From Spirochaetia bacterium (GTDB lineage: Bacteria; Spirochaetota; Spirochaetia; SZUA-6; Bin103): DNA of 64,000 bases. The notes under the pieces were generated by a model, which saw nothing but the letters and a program-made list of their open reading frames with translations, was not told the origin of the DNA and ran no database searches. The translations under genes and the position numbers were made by a program. The stretch spans positions 960,001 to 1,024,000 of the forward strand of contig CBDBDQ010000005.1 in the NCBI GenBank assembly GCA_965203905.1, given 5' to 3'. Below, one piece after another: positions 10,353 through 19,934 of the stretch (position 1 is its first letter; every line of letters starts with the position of its first letter).

Positions 10353-10856
10353 TCAGGCCTGTCGTTCCACGGCCGTAACTGGCCGTGAAGGCCTCTTTTT
10401 GGATCCGACGTTTTTTACGCTCACGTAGTGTTCCTGATAACGCCGTGGTTCCAGGAACCTATCTTCCCGCCAAAATTGCTGGCCGATTGCACGACAATAA
10501 GCAACAATGCAATGCGCCCCGCGTAACTGTGCATGGATGTCCTTCGCAAGACCGTCATTGCCACCCTTCATTTCCATGTAGACGATCCACTTCCGGTCAT
10601 CCTCGTTGGCGACGATTACATAGTCTGCCCGTCTATGTTCACCCCTGTTGCCTCTAAAGACGTAACGTGGAGGTGGAAACGCGTCAGCCCTGAACGCAAT
10701 GGTGTCGTAAGGAGCATCAACTATTTTCAGTTTGTACGACCGATCCTGAGGTTCCGTCAGTAACAGCTCCTTCCGGTCTCTCTGAGTATCAACAACTGGC
10801 GCCAAGACCTCATCTTTGAGCAGATCTCGGAGTATGTCGAGGTCATTCATCGTCAC
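10353..10856 (-). CDS. Small PD-(D/E)XK-like protein coupled to the ATPase; possibly frameshifted near the 3' end (alternative frame runs to 10271)
   Basis: RADYVIV...IVYMEMK motif (D...ExK); start overlaps the ATPase 3' end; lower GC. Confidence 0.7.
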   Translation of the reverse strand: MTMNDLDILRDLLKDEVLAPVVDTQRDRKELLLTEPQDRSYKLKIVDAPYDTIAFRADAFPPPRYVFRGNRGEHRRADYVIVANEDDRKWIVYMEMKGGNDGLAKDIHAQLRGAHCIVAYCRAIGQQFWREDRFLEPRRYQEHYVSVKNVGSKKRPSRPVTAVERQA

Positions 10857-12189
10857 CCCACAAGATGGAATCTTGAATCTCGTTCATCTCGTTAATGGTG
10901 TCGTCGAAGCTGCGAGCTTCGATTCCGTACTCTTCGTTTATCGACGCCTTCACCAGAGTGTGGTTCCGTCCGGCGTCGCCCTTGGATTCGGTGTCGACTG
11001 GTTCGGCAAGATAGACCTTCACCTGCCGTGGTTTTAGTAACTCTTCGGTACCGTACCCTTCCTTTCGCGATATCCGCCGCAAATGAGGCTTTTCTTGATT
11101 CAGCATTATCAGAGTATTCAACTCCTTGACGATATAGTCGCTGTGGGTGGTTGCGAACACGCGAACACCCACATTCACCAACTGCGCGAACAGGCGCGCG
11201 ATGCGCCGCTGATTTCTCGGGTGCAGATTCAATTCAGGCTCATCGATCATCAACAGATCGCCCGGACGCGCGACGTGACGCAGGTAGAGACCGATGATCA
11301 GCAGCGAGCGTACTGCGCTCGAACTTTCGTCCATGGTCAGCCGCAGCCGTCGGCGAGCGGGTTTGAAGTAGATCGTATCGGCGTCTTTCACTCGATAGTC
11401 TCCTCCGATAATATCGGAAAACCCTGCAAGAATGTGTTTGTGGTCTCGTGCGATGAAACTATCTGACTTGACGGTCTGTTCGAGCCGCCGAATGAAGTCA
11501 ACGTTTTCTTGAACCGGAAGCGGATAGTCCGGTTCGTGACCAAGGAATAGACTCATTTGGTGGGGGTTATATTCCAATTGGTCGCGGAACATGGTGCCGC
11601 CAGTACGTTCCGCACTGGCGATAAATGGTCGGGCCAACAACCTGCAAAAAAGGAGTTCGCAAGTAGCACTCGATATTATCTCGTGAATCGTCTGACGAGG
11701 CAAAATATTGTTGTCGCGGGTAAGCAGCGAGATCACCAGATCGAAGTCACCCTTTTCTTTGGAGAAAGAAAAAAGGGTGTCTTCAGATGCCCCTTGCCAT
11801 TTACCTCGGAAGGCGCGGTCAGCCGCTTTGCCGAGAGCACGACCGTTAAGCGATATCCGGAATTCCGCCGGTTTGAAGCGGTCCGATCGAGAAGCAAATA
11901 CCGCGGCCAGCTCATCGACATAGTCGTCACAGCCCGTACTTACAATTGCACTCGCCTGCTCGACGAGCGTCCTGACATCAATTCGCGCTACGCCGTCCTT
12001 CACCAGCTCGTCGATTGTCGACTTGGGAGTGTCGACTGACAGCAACCGTCGCCAATTCGACAAGAACCCGAACAGTGCGTAGGTAGCGTAGGTCTTGCCG
12101 GTGTTGTTGTCGCCGCATATCAGGGTTAAATCGCCTAGTTCGAATTCGGCCTGCTTGAGGACGCCAAGATTCCTCACGCTGATCTTCAC
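10843..12189 (-). CDS. ABC/SMC-like ATPase (AAA_15/AAA_21 type), defence-associated
   Basis: GTG start after GGAG; VKISVRNLG, Walker A GDNNTGKT, signature-like ESSSAVRS, Walker B LMIDEPELNLHP, TTHS H-loop; lower GC than flanks. Confidence 0.88.
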   Translation of the reverse strand: MKISVRNLGVLKQAEFELGDLTLICGDNNTGKTYATYALFGFLSNWRRLLSVDTPKSTIDELVKDGVARIDVRTLVEQASAIVSTGCDDYVDELAAVFASRSDRFKPAEFRISLNGRALGKAADRAFRGKWQGASEDTLFSFSKEKGDFDLVISLLTRDNNILPRQTIHEIISSATCELLFCRLLARPFIASAERTGGTMFRDQLEYNPHQMSLFLGHEPDYPLPVQENVDFIRRLEQTVKSDSFIARDHKHILAGFSDIIGGDYRVKDADTIYFKPARRRLRLTMDESSSAVRSLLIIGLYLRHVARPGDLLMIDEPELNLHPRNQRRIARLFAQLVNVGVRVFATTHSDYIVKELNTLIMLNQEKPHLRRISRKEGYGTEELLKPRQVKVYLAEPVDTESKGDAGRNHTLVKASINEEYGIEARSFDDTINEMNEIQDSILWGDDE

Positions 12190-12643
12190 GATGCAATCTC
12201 CGTTGCTCCCGTTGTGGTTGCCGACGGGCGCAGAAGCGTGTCTGACACTATGAGTACGGGAGACTGCGTCGCTTTGCGCCTTGGCAGAAGCACCGCCATG
12301 CGTGGCTCCCGCACAGAACCGGTACACGCTGTTCGGAGCCGGAAGACGCGCAGGCGATGTGGCGCCGTGGGACGTGCCGTCGCCATCTTGTTCGGAGTAG
12401 CGGCCTCCTCCGCGACGCAGACCTGCCGAACTCGCGTGTCGATGACTGCAGCTCCGGCCATCATGGGTTGCACAGTAGCCGTTGTACCGCAAGCCGTTGT
12501 GGCGGTCAAATCGTATGAACCCCTACGAGGACGCTCTCCGGGGCCGCATTCGACGACCGCCCGTATAATCTCCTCCCGATGCGCCATCATGTTCGCGGGA
12601 TGGAGACAGCGGCGGTCTGTTGAATGTGGAGACCGTTATGGCG

Positions 12644-14077
12644 CTATGCCGCAGACTCCTTGAACTCGGTGACCAGGCCTTCGACGGTGGCCTTGGCGTC
12701 GCCGAAGATCATGTAGGAGTTGTCGCGGAAGAACAGCGGGTTGTCGATGCCGGCGAAGCCGCTGGCCATGGAGCGCTTGAGAATGAAGCAGGTGCGCGCC
12801 CTGTCGGCGTCGATGATCGGCATGCCGTAGATCGGGCTGCCCTCGTCCTCGCGCGCGGCGGGGTTCACCACGTCGTTGGCGCCGATCACGATCGCCACGT
12901 CCACCGTGTCCATGGTCGGGTTGATCGAGTCCATCTCCACGAGTTGGTCGTAGCTGACGTTGGCCTCGGCCAGCAGCACGTTCATGTGCCCCGGCATGCG
13001 CCCCGCGACCGGGTGGATCGCATACTTCACCTCGGTGCCGTTGCCCTCCAGGATCTCGCCCAACTCGCGCACCGCGTGCTGCGCCTGCGCCACGGCCATG
13101 CCGTAGCCGGGAATCACCACCACCGAGCTCGCCGCCTCCAGGATGTAGTAGGCGTCGCTGGACTGCATCGGCTTGGCCTCGCCCTCGATGGCGCTGCCGC
13201 CGGTGGAGCCGCCCGCGGCGCCGAAGCCGCTGAACAGCACGTTGCCGAGCGAGCGGTTCATCGCCTTGCACATGATGCTGGTGAGAATGATGCCGCTGGC
13301 ACCGACCAGGGCGCCGGTGATGATCAGCAGGTTGTTGCGGATCACAAAGCCGGCGGCGCACGCGGCCAGCCCGGAATAGCTGTTGAGCAGCGAGATCACC
13401 ACCGGCATGTCGGCGCCGCCGATGGGGATGACCACCATGATGCCGAGCAGCAGCGCCACCCCGGTGGCCACCACGGCGATCCAGTACTGGTCGGGACTGA
13501 CGGTGAACCACACCGCGCCCACCAGGATGGCCAGCAGGATCAGGAAGTTGATCACGTTTTGGCCGGTGAACAGCACCGGTTTCTGCGTCACCGCCCCACT
13601 CAGCTTGCCCCAGGCGATGATGCTGCCGGTGAAGGTGATGCCGCCGATCAGGATCGCCAGGTAGATGGTGACGGAGGAAAAGCCGCCGCCCACCGCGGCC
13701 AGGAACGCGGCGCCGTCCGCGGCGGGAGCTCCCCAGCCGACGCCCATCGAGTCGGCGACCACCTGGTAGGTGCCCCAGCCGACCAGCAGGCTGGCCAGGC
13801 CGCCGAAGCCGTTGAACAGTGCCACCATCTCCGGCATCGCGGTCATCTTCACCAGCTTGGAGGCGAGCACGCCGATGATCGCCCCGGCCAGCGCACCGAC
13901 GATGATCCACTGGAACTGGAAGCCGCGCCCCACCAGGGTGGCGACCACCGCGATCAGCATGCCGAGCGAGCTGGTGGCGTTGCCGCGGCGCGCGGTGGTG
14001 GGCTTGGAGAGCTGCTTGATGCCGAAGACGAACAGGATCGCGGAGATGATGTAGAGGATCGGGGTGACGAAGCTCAC
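12644..14077 (-). CDS. pntB: NAD(P) transhydrogenase subunit beta
   Basis: MPEMVALFNGFGG, PIGGADMPVVIS, PGYGMAVAQAQH, HPVAGRMPGHMNV, IGANDVVNP. Confidence 0.97.
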   Translation of the reverse strand: MSFVTPILYIISAILFVFGIKQLSKPTTARRGNATSSLGMLIAVVATLVGRGFQFQWIIVGALAGAIIGVLASKLVKMTAMPEMVALFNGFGGLASLLVGWGTYQVVADSMGVGWGAPAADGAAFLAAVGGGFSSVTIYLAILIGGITFTGSIIAWGKLSGAVTQKPVLFTGQNVINFLILLAILVGAVWFTVSPDQYWIAVVATGVALLLGIMVVIPIGGADMPVVISLLNSYSGLAACAAGFVIRNNLLIITGALVGASGIILTSIMCKAMNRSLGNVLFSGFGAAGGSTGGSAIEGEAKPMQSSDAYYILEAASSVVVIPGYGMAVAQAQHAVRELGEILEGNGTEVKYAIHPVAGRMPGHMNVLLAEANVSYDQLVEMDSINPTMDTVDVAIVIGANDVVNPAAREDEGSPIYGMPIIDADRARTCFILKRSMASGFAGIDNPLFFRDNSYMIFGDAKATVEGLVTEFKESAA

Positions 14078-14397
14078 GCGCCGCCTCCCTTCTTGTCCGG
14101 AGCCGGCCGCGTCTTGAACATCTCCAGCATGCGGTCGGTCACCAGGTAGCCGCCGACCACGTTGATGGTGGCGAAGCCCACGGCACACGCTCCCAGGACG
14201 GTGGTCAGGGTGCTGTCCGCGTTCTCGACGCTCAGCGTGATCAACGCGCCGACCAGCGAGATGCCGGAGATGGCGTTGGAGCCCGACATCAACGGGGTGT
14301 GCAACTGGGATGGCACCTTGGTAATCAGCTCCAGGCCCAGAAACATGGCCAGGATGAAGATGAAGAACAGAAACTCGAACTGTTGTAGCGCTTCCAT
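14074..14397 (-). CDS. pntAb: NAD(P) transhydrogenase subunit alpha, part 2 (membrane)
   Basis: LHTPLMSGSNAISG, INVVGGYLVTDRMLEMF. Confidence 0.96.
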   Translation of the reverse strand: MEALQQFEFLFFIFILAMFLGLELITKVPSQLHTPLMSGSNAISGISLVGALITLSVENADSTLTTVLGACAVGFATINVVGGYLVTDRMLEMFKTRPAPDKKGGGA

Positions 14398-14428
14398 CGG
14401 ATTCCTCGGATTACGGTACCGGCGCGAA

Positions 14429-15565
14429 TCAGCCGCCGGTGATGCTCTTGACCATTTCGTTGACCATCTCGCCGCCGTGGGTCACCAGGCTGCCCGAGAT
14501 GATCTCGTCGTCGCGGTTCAGGGTGAAGGAGTTGCCCTCCTCATCCCAGAACTCGTCGACGAAATTGTACAGGTTGTTGGCGAACATCTGGCTGGAGGAG
14601 GTGGCCAGGCGTCCGGGAACGTTGCGGTAGCCGATGATCAGCACCCCGTCCACGTCGACGTCCTCACCGGGCCGGGAGCCCTCCACGTTGCCGCCCGACT
14701 CCACCGCGTAGTCGACGATGATGCTGCCCGGCTTCATCCGTTGCACCATGTCGGCGGTGATCACCACCGGTGCCTTGCGGCCGAAGAGCTGTGCGGTGGT
14801 GATGACGATGTCGGACTGGGCGCAGCGGTCGGCCATCGCCAGGCGCTGCTTTTCGAGCTGCTCGGGAGTGAGGGCCTTGGCATAGCCCTGCTCGGTCTGG
14901 CCGGTCTCGCCGAGGTCGACCTTGACGAAGCGCGCGCCGAGCGACTCCACCTGCTCGGCCACGTCGGGCCGGGTGTCGAACGCCTCCACGCGGGCGCCGA
15001 GCCGCTTGGCGGTGGCGATGGCCTGCAGGCCCGCGACTCCTGCGCCGATGACGAACACCCGCGCCGGCTGCAGCGTGCCGGAAGGCGTCACCATCATCGG
15101 CAGGATCGTCTTGAGCCGGTCTGCGGCCATCAGCACCATCGAGTAGCCGGCGATGCTGTGCTGGGAGCTGAGGGCGTCCAGTTTCTGGGCGCGGGTGGAA
15201 CGCGGCACCAGCTCCATGCTGATGGCGCTCACCTCCTGCTGCGCCAGCGCATCGACCAGCGCCCCCTCGTTGAAGGGATCGAGAAAGCTGATGTGAATCG
15301 CTCCCTTCTTGAGCAGCTCAACCTCGTCCGGCGGAGGCTGCCGCACCCGCAGCACGACATCCGCCTCGCCCAGCGCGGCAGCGCGGTCGTCGCGCACCTT
15401 GGCGCCGGCCTTCTCGTAGGCGGCATCGGGGTAGTTGGCGCCGGCGCCGATGCCGTTCTCGACCGCAACACTGGCTCCCAGCTTGACCAGGCGGGCCGCG
15501 GTCTCCGGCGTCATGGCAGCCCGCGGCTCGTGCGGGTCGGATTCCTGTGGTGCAAATATGAGCAT
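14429..15565 (-). CDS. pntAa: NAD(P) transhydrogenase subunit alpha, part 1
   Basis: PRSTRAQKLDALSSQ, GAGVAGLQAIATAKRLGA, GGNVEGS. Confidence 0.96.
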   Translation of the reverse strand: MLIFAPQESDPHEPRAAMTPETAARLVKLGASVAVENGIGAGANYPDAAYEKAGAKVRDDRAAALGEADVVLRVRQPPPDEVELLKKGAIHISFLDPFNEGALVDALAQQEVSAISMELVPRSTRAQKLDALSSQHSIAGYSMVLMAADRLKTILPMMVTPSGTLQPARVFVIGAGVAGLQAIATAKRLGARVEAFDTRPDVAEQVESLGARFVKVDLGETGQTEQGYAKALTPEQLEKQRLAMADRCAQSDIVITTAQLFGRKAPVVITADMVQRMKPGSIIVDYAVESGGNVEGSRPGEDVDVDGVLIIGYRNVPGRLATSSSQMFANNLYNFVDEFWDEEGNSFTLNRDDEIISGSLVTHGGEMVNEMVKSITGG

Positions 15566-15816
15566 GCAGACTCCAGCCGCCACAGCAGGTGCCGCGCTCG
15601 GGGACGGGCAGCACTCCGACGGCAGTCGGCTTGTGAGGGATCGTTATATAACTGCCAATTTTCGCCCGCAAAGTCAACGTCGACCCCGGAGCACGCGGAG
15701 GACGGCCCGCCGCATCGGAGCGCATCCGACGGGCGCCCGACCCGCACGCGACGCCGCGGCTCGCGTTGCAGGGGGGCTCGGTTCTTCGGTACAGTCTCGC
15801 CAGGAGCGCTCACGAG

Positions 15817-16071
15817 ATGACCGACAAACAGGCCAAGGGAGAAGTCGCCGAACGCATGCCGGCGGTAATGGAGCTGGAACCTGGCAGCTACTGGTGGTGC
15901 CGCTGCGGACGCAGTGACAATCAGCCATTCTGCGACGGCTCCCACAAGGACACCGCGTTCGAACCCTTGCAGTTCACCGTGGAGGAACAGCGCAACTATG
16001 CGCTGTGTCAGTGTAAGCAGACCGATAACGACCCATTCTGCGACGGGACCCATTCGCGCCTGCCCGCCTGA
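15817..16071 (+). CDS. CDGSH iron-sulfur domain protein (two CDGSH motifs)
   Basis: WCRCGRS..QPFCDGSH and LCQCKQT...PFCDGTH; AGGAG SD. Confidence 0.93.
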   Translation: MTDKQAKGEVAERMPAVMELEPGSYWWCRCGRSDNQPFCDGSHKDTAFEPLQFTVEEQRNYALCQCKQTDNDPFCDGTHSRLPA

Positions 16072-16167
16072 CGGCCCGGCTGCACTTCCGCTGCCACCTC
16101 CGCAGCGGCCCCGGATCTACGCGCCGCGTACCCCCGATCCGGGTGCCAGTACGCTGAGGAATCCCGC

Positions 16168-17727
16168 GTGCAACTGACCGCGTCGCACGGCGTGCCCATG
16201 ACGCAGGTGTACGGGGGCAGCCGTTTCTACCTGGATTACCTGGCGGGGCGGGCCGACCGCTATTTCAGCCATCCCGCCGGCGCCGCCGCAGCCGCCCTCC
16301 ACGCGCGCCGCACCGCGGGCACGGCGCAGCCGGAGCTGGCAGAGGTACTGGTGCGCTACAACCGGGAGCTGGGAGCGTCAGAGGCGACACTGGCCGGCGC
16401 CGCCGCCCTGGCCGACGCCGGCACCTGTTGCGTGCACACCGGCCAGCAGGCCGGCTTCATGGGCGGGCCCGCGTACACCCTGTACAAGATCGTCACGGCG
16501 ATCCGGCTGGCGCAGCGCTACCAGGAGGAACTGGGTTGCCGTTGCGTGCCGGTGTTCTGGCTGGCCTCCGAGGATCACGATCTGGGCGAGATCAACCACG
16601 CTCACTACCTTGCCGCCGACGGCAGCGTGGGACGGGTGCGGTTCGATTGGGACGGCGAGGGCCGCTCGATCAGCGAGCTGCCGGTCACGGCGGAGGTGCA
16701 GCAGGCGGCGGAGCGGTTCTTCGAACGCCAGGAGAACGCCCCGTTCGAGGACTATGCCCGCGAGCTGTTCCTGCCCCGCGGCGGCGGCTTCGCCCGCTCC
16801 CTGGCGGCCGGACTGGCAGGTCTGTTCGGCGACCACGGCCTGGTGATCCTGGAGCCGCACCTGTTGCGGCCGCTGTTCCCGCAGTTCTTCGCCCGTGCGC
16901 TGGCGCTGGGACCGCAGGTGACGCGGACGCTGGAGCATGCCGCGGCGGCACTGGCGGCCGACGGCTACCCCGTGCCGCTCGACCCGGCGCGCGCGGGCAC
17001 GCTGTTCCACGTCGCCGGCGGGCGCCGCGTGCGGCTGGACGCGGGCGCAACGCCGCCGTCAGAAGCGGTGCTGTCCACCGACGCGGCGTTGCGGCCGGTG
17101 CTGGCGGACCTGGCGCTGCCCTCCGTTGCCACCGTCCTCGGACCCGGTGAAATCGCCTATCAGGCCATGCTGCGGGGGCTCTATCGGTTGTTCGACATAC
17201 CGCAGCCACTGATCGCCGCGCGCAAGAGCTACACCCTCCTCGCGGCGGAGGCCGCCACCATCCTCAGCCACTTCGATCTTGTCCCCAGCCAGATCGTGGG
17301 CCCCGGGTTCTCGGTGCGCGCAGCCTTCAACGCCGCGGTGCCGGCCACCGAGCGCGCCCGTTTTGCCGCGCTGCGGCGCGGGCTGGGAGAGTTGTGGCAG
17401 CCGCTGGAGGCGCACGTGACGGCGGCGGACCCCAATCTCGCACACACCTGGCGGCGCAGCCTCGGCCATGCCGAACGCGCCGTGGAGCGCCTGGAGGAGC
17501 GCACCGCACGCGCGCTGATGAGCCGCCGCGGCGCCGCGCGGCGCGCGCTGCAAGGCCTGCGCGACGAGGTCTGGCCGCGCGCCCGGCCGCAGGAACGCAC
17601 CCTGCCCGCGGCCCATTTCGTGAGCCGCTACGGCCCGCAGTTGCCCGCCGCGCTGCTGGCGGCCTGCGACCCGGCGGAGCCGGACCACGAGATCCTGGTA
17701 TATGCCGTGGATGGCCCGTGCGATTAG
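16168..17727 (+). CDS. bshC: Bacillithiol biosynthesis cysteine-adding enzyme
   Basis: TGQQAGFMGGPAYTLYK, PVFWLASEDHD..EINH, LRP, GPGEIAY, PQER; adjacent to bshA. Confidence 0.9.
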   Translation: MQLTASHGVPMTQVYGGSRFYLDYLAGRADRYFSHPAGAAAAALHARRTAGTAQPELAEVLVRYNRELGASEATLAGAAALADAGTCCVHTGQQAGFMGGPAYTLYKIVTAIRLAQRYQEELGCRCVPVFWLASEDHDLGEINHAHYLAADGSVGRVRFDWDGEGRSISELPVTAEVQQAAERFFERQENAPFEDYARELFLPRGGGFARSLAAGLAGLFGDHGLVILEPHLLRPLFPQFFARALALGPQVTRTLEHAAAALAADGYPVPLDPARAGTLFHVAGGRRVRLDAGATPPSEAVLSTDAALRPVLADLALPSVATVLGPGEIAYQAMLRGLYRLFDIPQPLIAARKSYTLLAAEAATILSHFDLVPSQIVGPGFSVRAAFNAAVPATERARFAALRRGLGELWQPLEAHVTAADPNLAHTWRRSLGHAERAVERLEERTARALMSRRGAARRALQGLRDEVWPRARPQERTLPAAHFVSRYGPQLPAALLAACDPAEPDHEILVYAVDGPCD

Positions 17728-18872
17728 GCATCACCTGCTACCCCACGCACGGCGGCAGCGGGGTATTCGCCACCGAGCTCGGCAAGCAGCTCGCCCTGCG
17801 CGGGCACACCGTCTCCTTCATCAGCTATTCAGCGCCGCTGCGCCTGGTGGAGCTGCCGCCCCGCGTCACCTTTCACGAAGTGCAGGCGGGCGAGTACCCG
17901 TTGCTCAAGCAGTACCCCTACACCCTGGCCCTGGCCGCCAAGATGGTGGAGGTGGCTGCCGCCAACGAACTGCAGATACTGCACGTCCACTACGCCATCC
18001 CCTTCTCGCCGGCGGCGATCCTGGCGCGGCAGATGGCTCCCGAGCTGGACCTCAAGGTGGTGACCACGCTGCACGGCACCGACACCTCGCTGGTAGGGGC
18101 GGCGCCCTACTTCCATCCGGTGACCCGTTTTTCCATCGAGCAGTCGGATGCGGTGACCACCGTCTCGGAGTACCTGCGCCGGGAGACCGCCGAGACCTTC
18201 CAGGTAACGCGCCCGATCGAGGTGATCCCGAACTGTGTCGATCTCGATCACTACGGTTCACCGCGCCGGCTGCCCGCCGGGCGGGCGGGTACGGCGCCGA
18301 AGCAGGTGTTGCACATCTCCAATTTCCGGCCGGTAAAGCGGGCCGCCGACGTGATCGAGGTGTTCGCGCGCATCCGCCGGCGGGTGGACGCCCGCCTGGT
18401 GCTGGTCGGCGACGGCCCCGATCTGAGCCGCGCGCTGGCGCTGGCGCGCCAGTTGGAGGTGGCCTCGGACGTGACCACGGTGGGGGTGGTCGACGACGTG
18501 GCACCGTTCCTGCAGGCCGCCGACCTGTTGCTGCTGCCGAGCGCCTCGGAGAGCTTTGGGCTGGTGGCGCTGGAGGCGATGGCCAGTCAGGTGCCGGTGG
18601 TGGCCAGCCGCACCGGCGGTCTGCCCGAGGTGGTGGCTGACGGCCGCGCCGGCTACCTGCTGCCGGCGGGCGCCGTGGACGCCATGGCGGCGCGCGCCAT
18701 CGAGCTGCTTACCGACGAGAACCTGCACCGCCGTTGCGGCAGCGCCGGCCGCGAGCTGGCGCGGAACTTCAGCTGCGATACGGTGGTGCCGCGGTTCGAG
18801 GCGTTCTATCAGCGGGTGCTGAGCCAGCCGTCCGCGCCGCCCCTGCTCCGGGCACCCGCGGTGGGCACCTGA
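17718..18872 (+). CDS. bshA: N-acetyl-alpha-D-glucosaminyl L-malate synthase
   Basis: GITCYPTHGGSGVFATELG, LHVHYAIP, TTLHGTD, HISNFRPVKR, ESFGLVALEAMA. Confidence 0.93.
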   Translation: MRLGITCYPTHGGSGVFATELGKQLALRGHTVSFISYSAPLRLVELPPRVTFHEVQAGEYPLLKQYPYTLALAAKMVEVAAANELQILHVHYAIPFSPAAILARQMAPELDLKVVTTLHGTDTSLVGAAPYFHPVTRFSIEQSDAVTTVSEYLRRETAETFQVTRPIEVIPNCVDLDHYGSPRRLPAGRAGTAPKQVLHISNFRPVKRAADVIEVFARIRRRVDARLVLVGDGPDLSRALALARQLEVASDVTTVGVVDDVAPFLQAADLLLLPSASESFGLVALEAMASQVPVVASRTGGLPEVVADGRAGYLLPAGAVDAMAARAIELLTDENLHRRCGSAGRELARNFSCDTVVPRFEAFYQRVLSQPSAPPLLRAPAVGT

Positions 18873-18873
18873 G

Positions 18874-19908
18874 ATGGCGCCGGGCCGCGGTGCGCCGGAA
18901 GCGGGGCCGTTGCCGGCGCCACCCGCGACCGAGGAATCACCCGCCGAGCTGGTGCTCGCCTCCCGCGGCAGCACCCTGGCGCTGGCCCAGGCGCGCCTGG
19001 TGCAGGCGGCACTTGGCACGGTCGAAGGCAATCCCACGTGCCGGATCATGCCGCTGACCACCCGCGGTGACCGCGATGGCGGCGCGCACGACCTGGCCGC
19101 GCTTGCCCGCACCAGTCCCGGCCTGTTTACCGCCGAGGTCGCGGCCGCGGTGCGCGACGGTGCCGCGGACGCGGCGGCGCATTCGCTCAAGGACCTGCCT
19201 TTGGAGCAGCCTCCCGGACTGTGTCTGGCGGCCATCCTGCCGCGGGCGGCGGCGCAGGACGTGCTGGTGATCGCTCCGCGCTGGTTCCGGCCCGCGGCGC
19301 CCCTTGGCCTGCGGCCCGGTGCCACGGTGGGCACCAGCTCCCCACGCCGTGCGGCGTTGCTGCGCCACTACGCGCCGCAGGCGCGGTCCACGGCCGTGCG
19401 CGGCAACGTGCCGACCCGTCTGCGGCGCTGCCGCGAAGGCGGCGTCGCGGCCCTGCTCCTGGCCCGTGCCGGACTGCAGCGGCTCGGGGCGGCGCTCGCA
19501 GGCTTGCGTCTGGTGGCCCTGCCGCCGGCCTGGTGGGCGCCGGCTCCGGGGCAGGGAGCGGTGGCCGTGCAGGCGCGCCACGGGAGTCCCGCCGCGGCCC
19601 GACTTGGCGCCATCGACCATGCGCCCACCCGCACCGCGGTGGCCCTGGAGCGGGCCCTGCTGCGGGCGCTCGGCGGTGGCTGCGGCGCCGCCTGCGGTGC
19701 CTTCGCAACGCCGGTGGGGGCTCGGCACTGGGTGCTGCACTACGGATTCGCGGCCGCGGCGGCGGACCGGCGCTGGCGGCGCTTTCGCCTGCACGACACG
19801 GCCGCCGGCTGTTTCCAGGCGCTCGCCGCGTGGGCCGGCGGGGAGGCGCCTCCGGGCACCGAGGAGACGGAGGCAGATGCGCACTGGAGCCTGGTTGACG
19901 AGCCGTGA
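18874..19908 (+). CDS. hemC: Hydroxymethylbilane synthase (porphobilinogen deaminase)
   Basis: RGSTLALAQA, HSLKDLP, GTSSPRR, RGNVPTRL, PAPGQGA, LGGGC. Confidence 0.92.
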   Translation: MAPGRGAPEAGPLPAPPATEESPAELVLASRGSTLALAQARLVQAALGTVEGNPTCRIMPLTTRGDRDGGAHDLAALARTSPGLFTAEVAAAVRDGAADAAAHSLKDLPLEQPPGLCLAAILPRAAAQDVLVIAPRWFRPAAPLGLRPGATVGTSSPRRAALLRHYAPQARSTAVRGNVPTRLRRCREGGVAALLLARAGLQRLGAALAGLRLVALPPAWWAPAPGQGAVAVQARHGSPAAARLGAIDHAPTRTAVALERALLRALGGGCGAACGAFATPVGARHWVLHYGFAAAAADRRWRRFRLHDTAAGCFQALAAWAGGEAPPGTEETEADAHWSLVDEP

Positions 19909-19934
19909 GCGGGCAGGGCACGGAGGGTGAGATC

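Noticed and set aside
12190-12640. Extended N-terminus of the ATPase (to 12492) and other ORFs in this gap
   Set aside because: Family similarity begins at the SD-preceded GTG at 12189; the other frames show no recognisable motifs.
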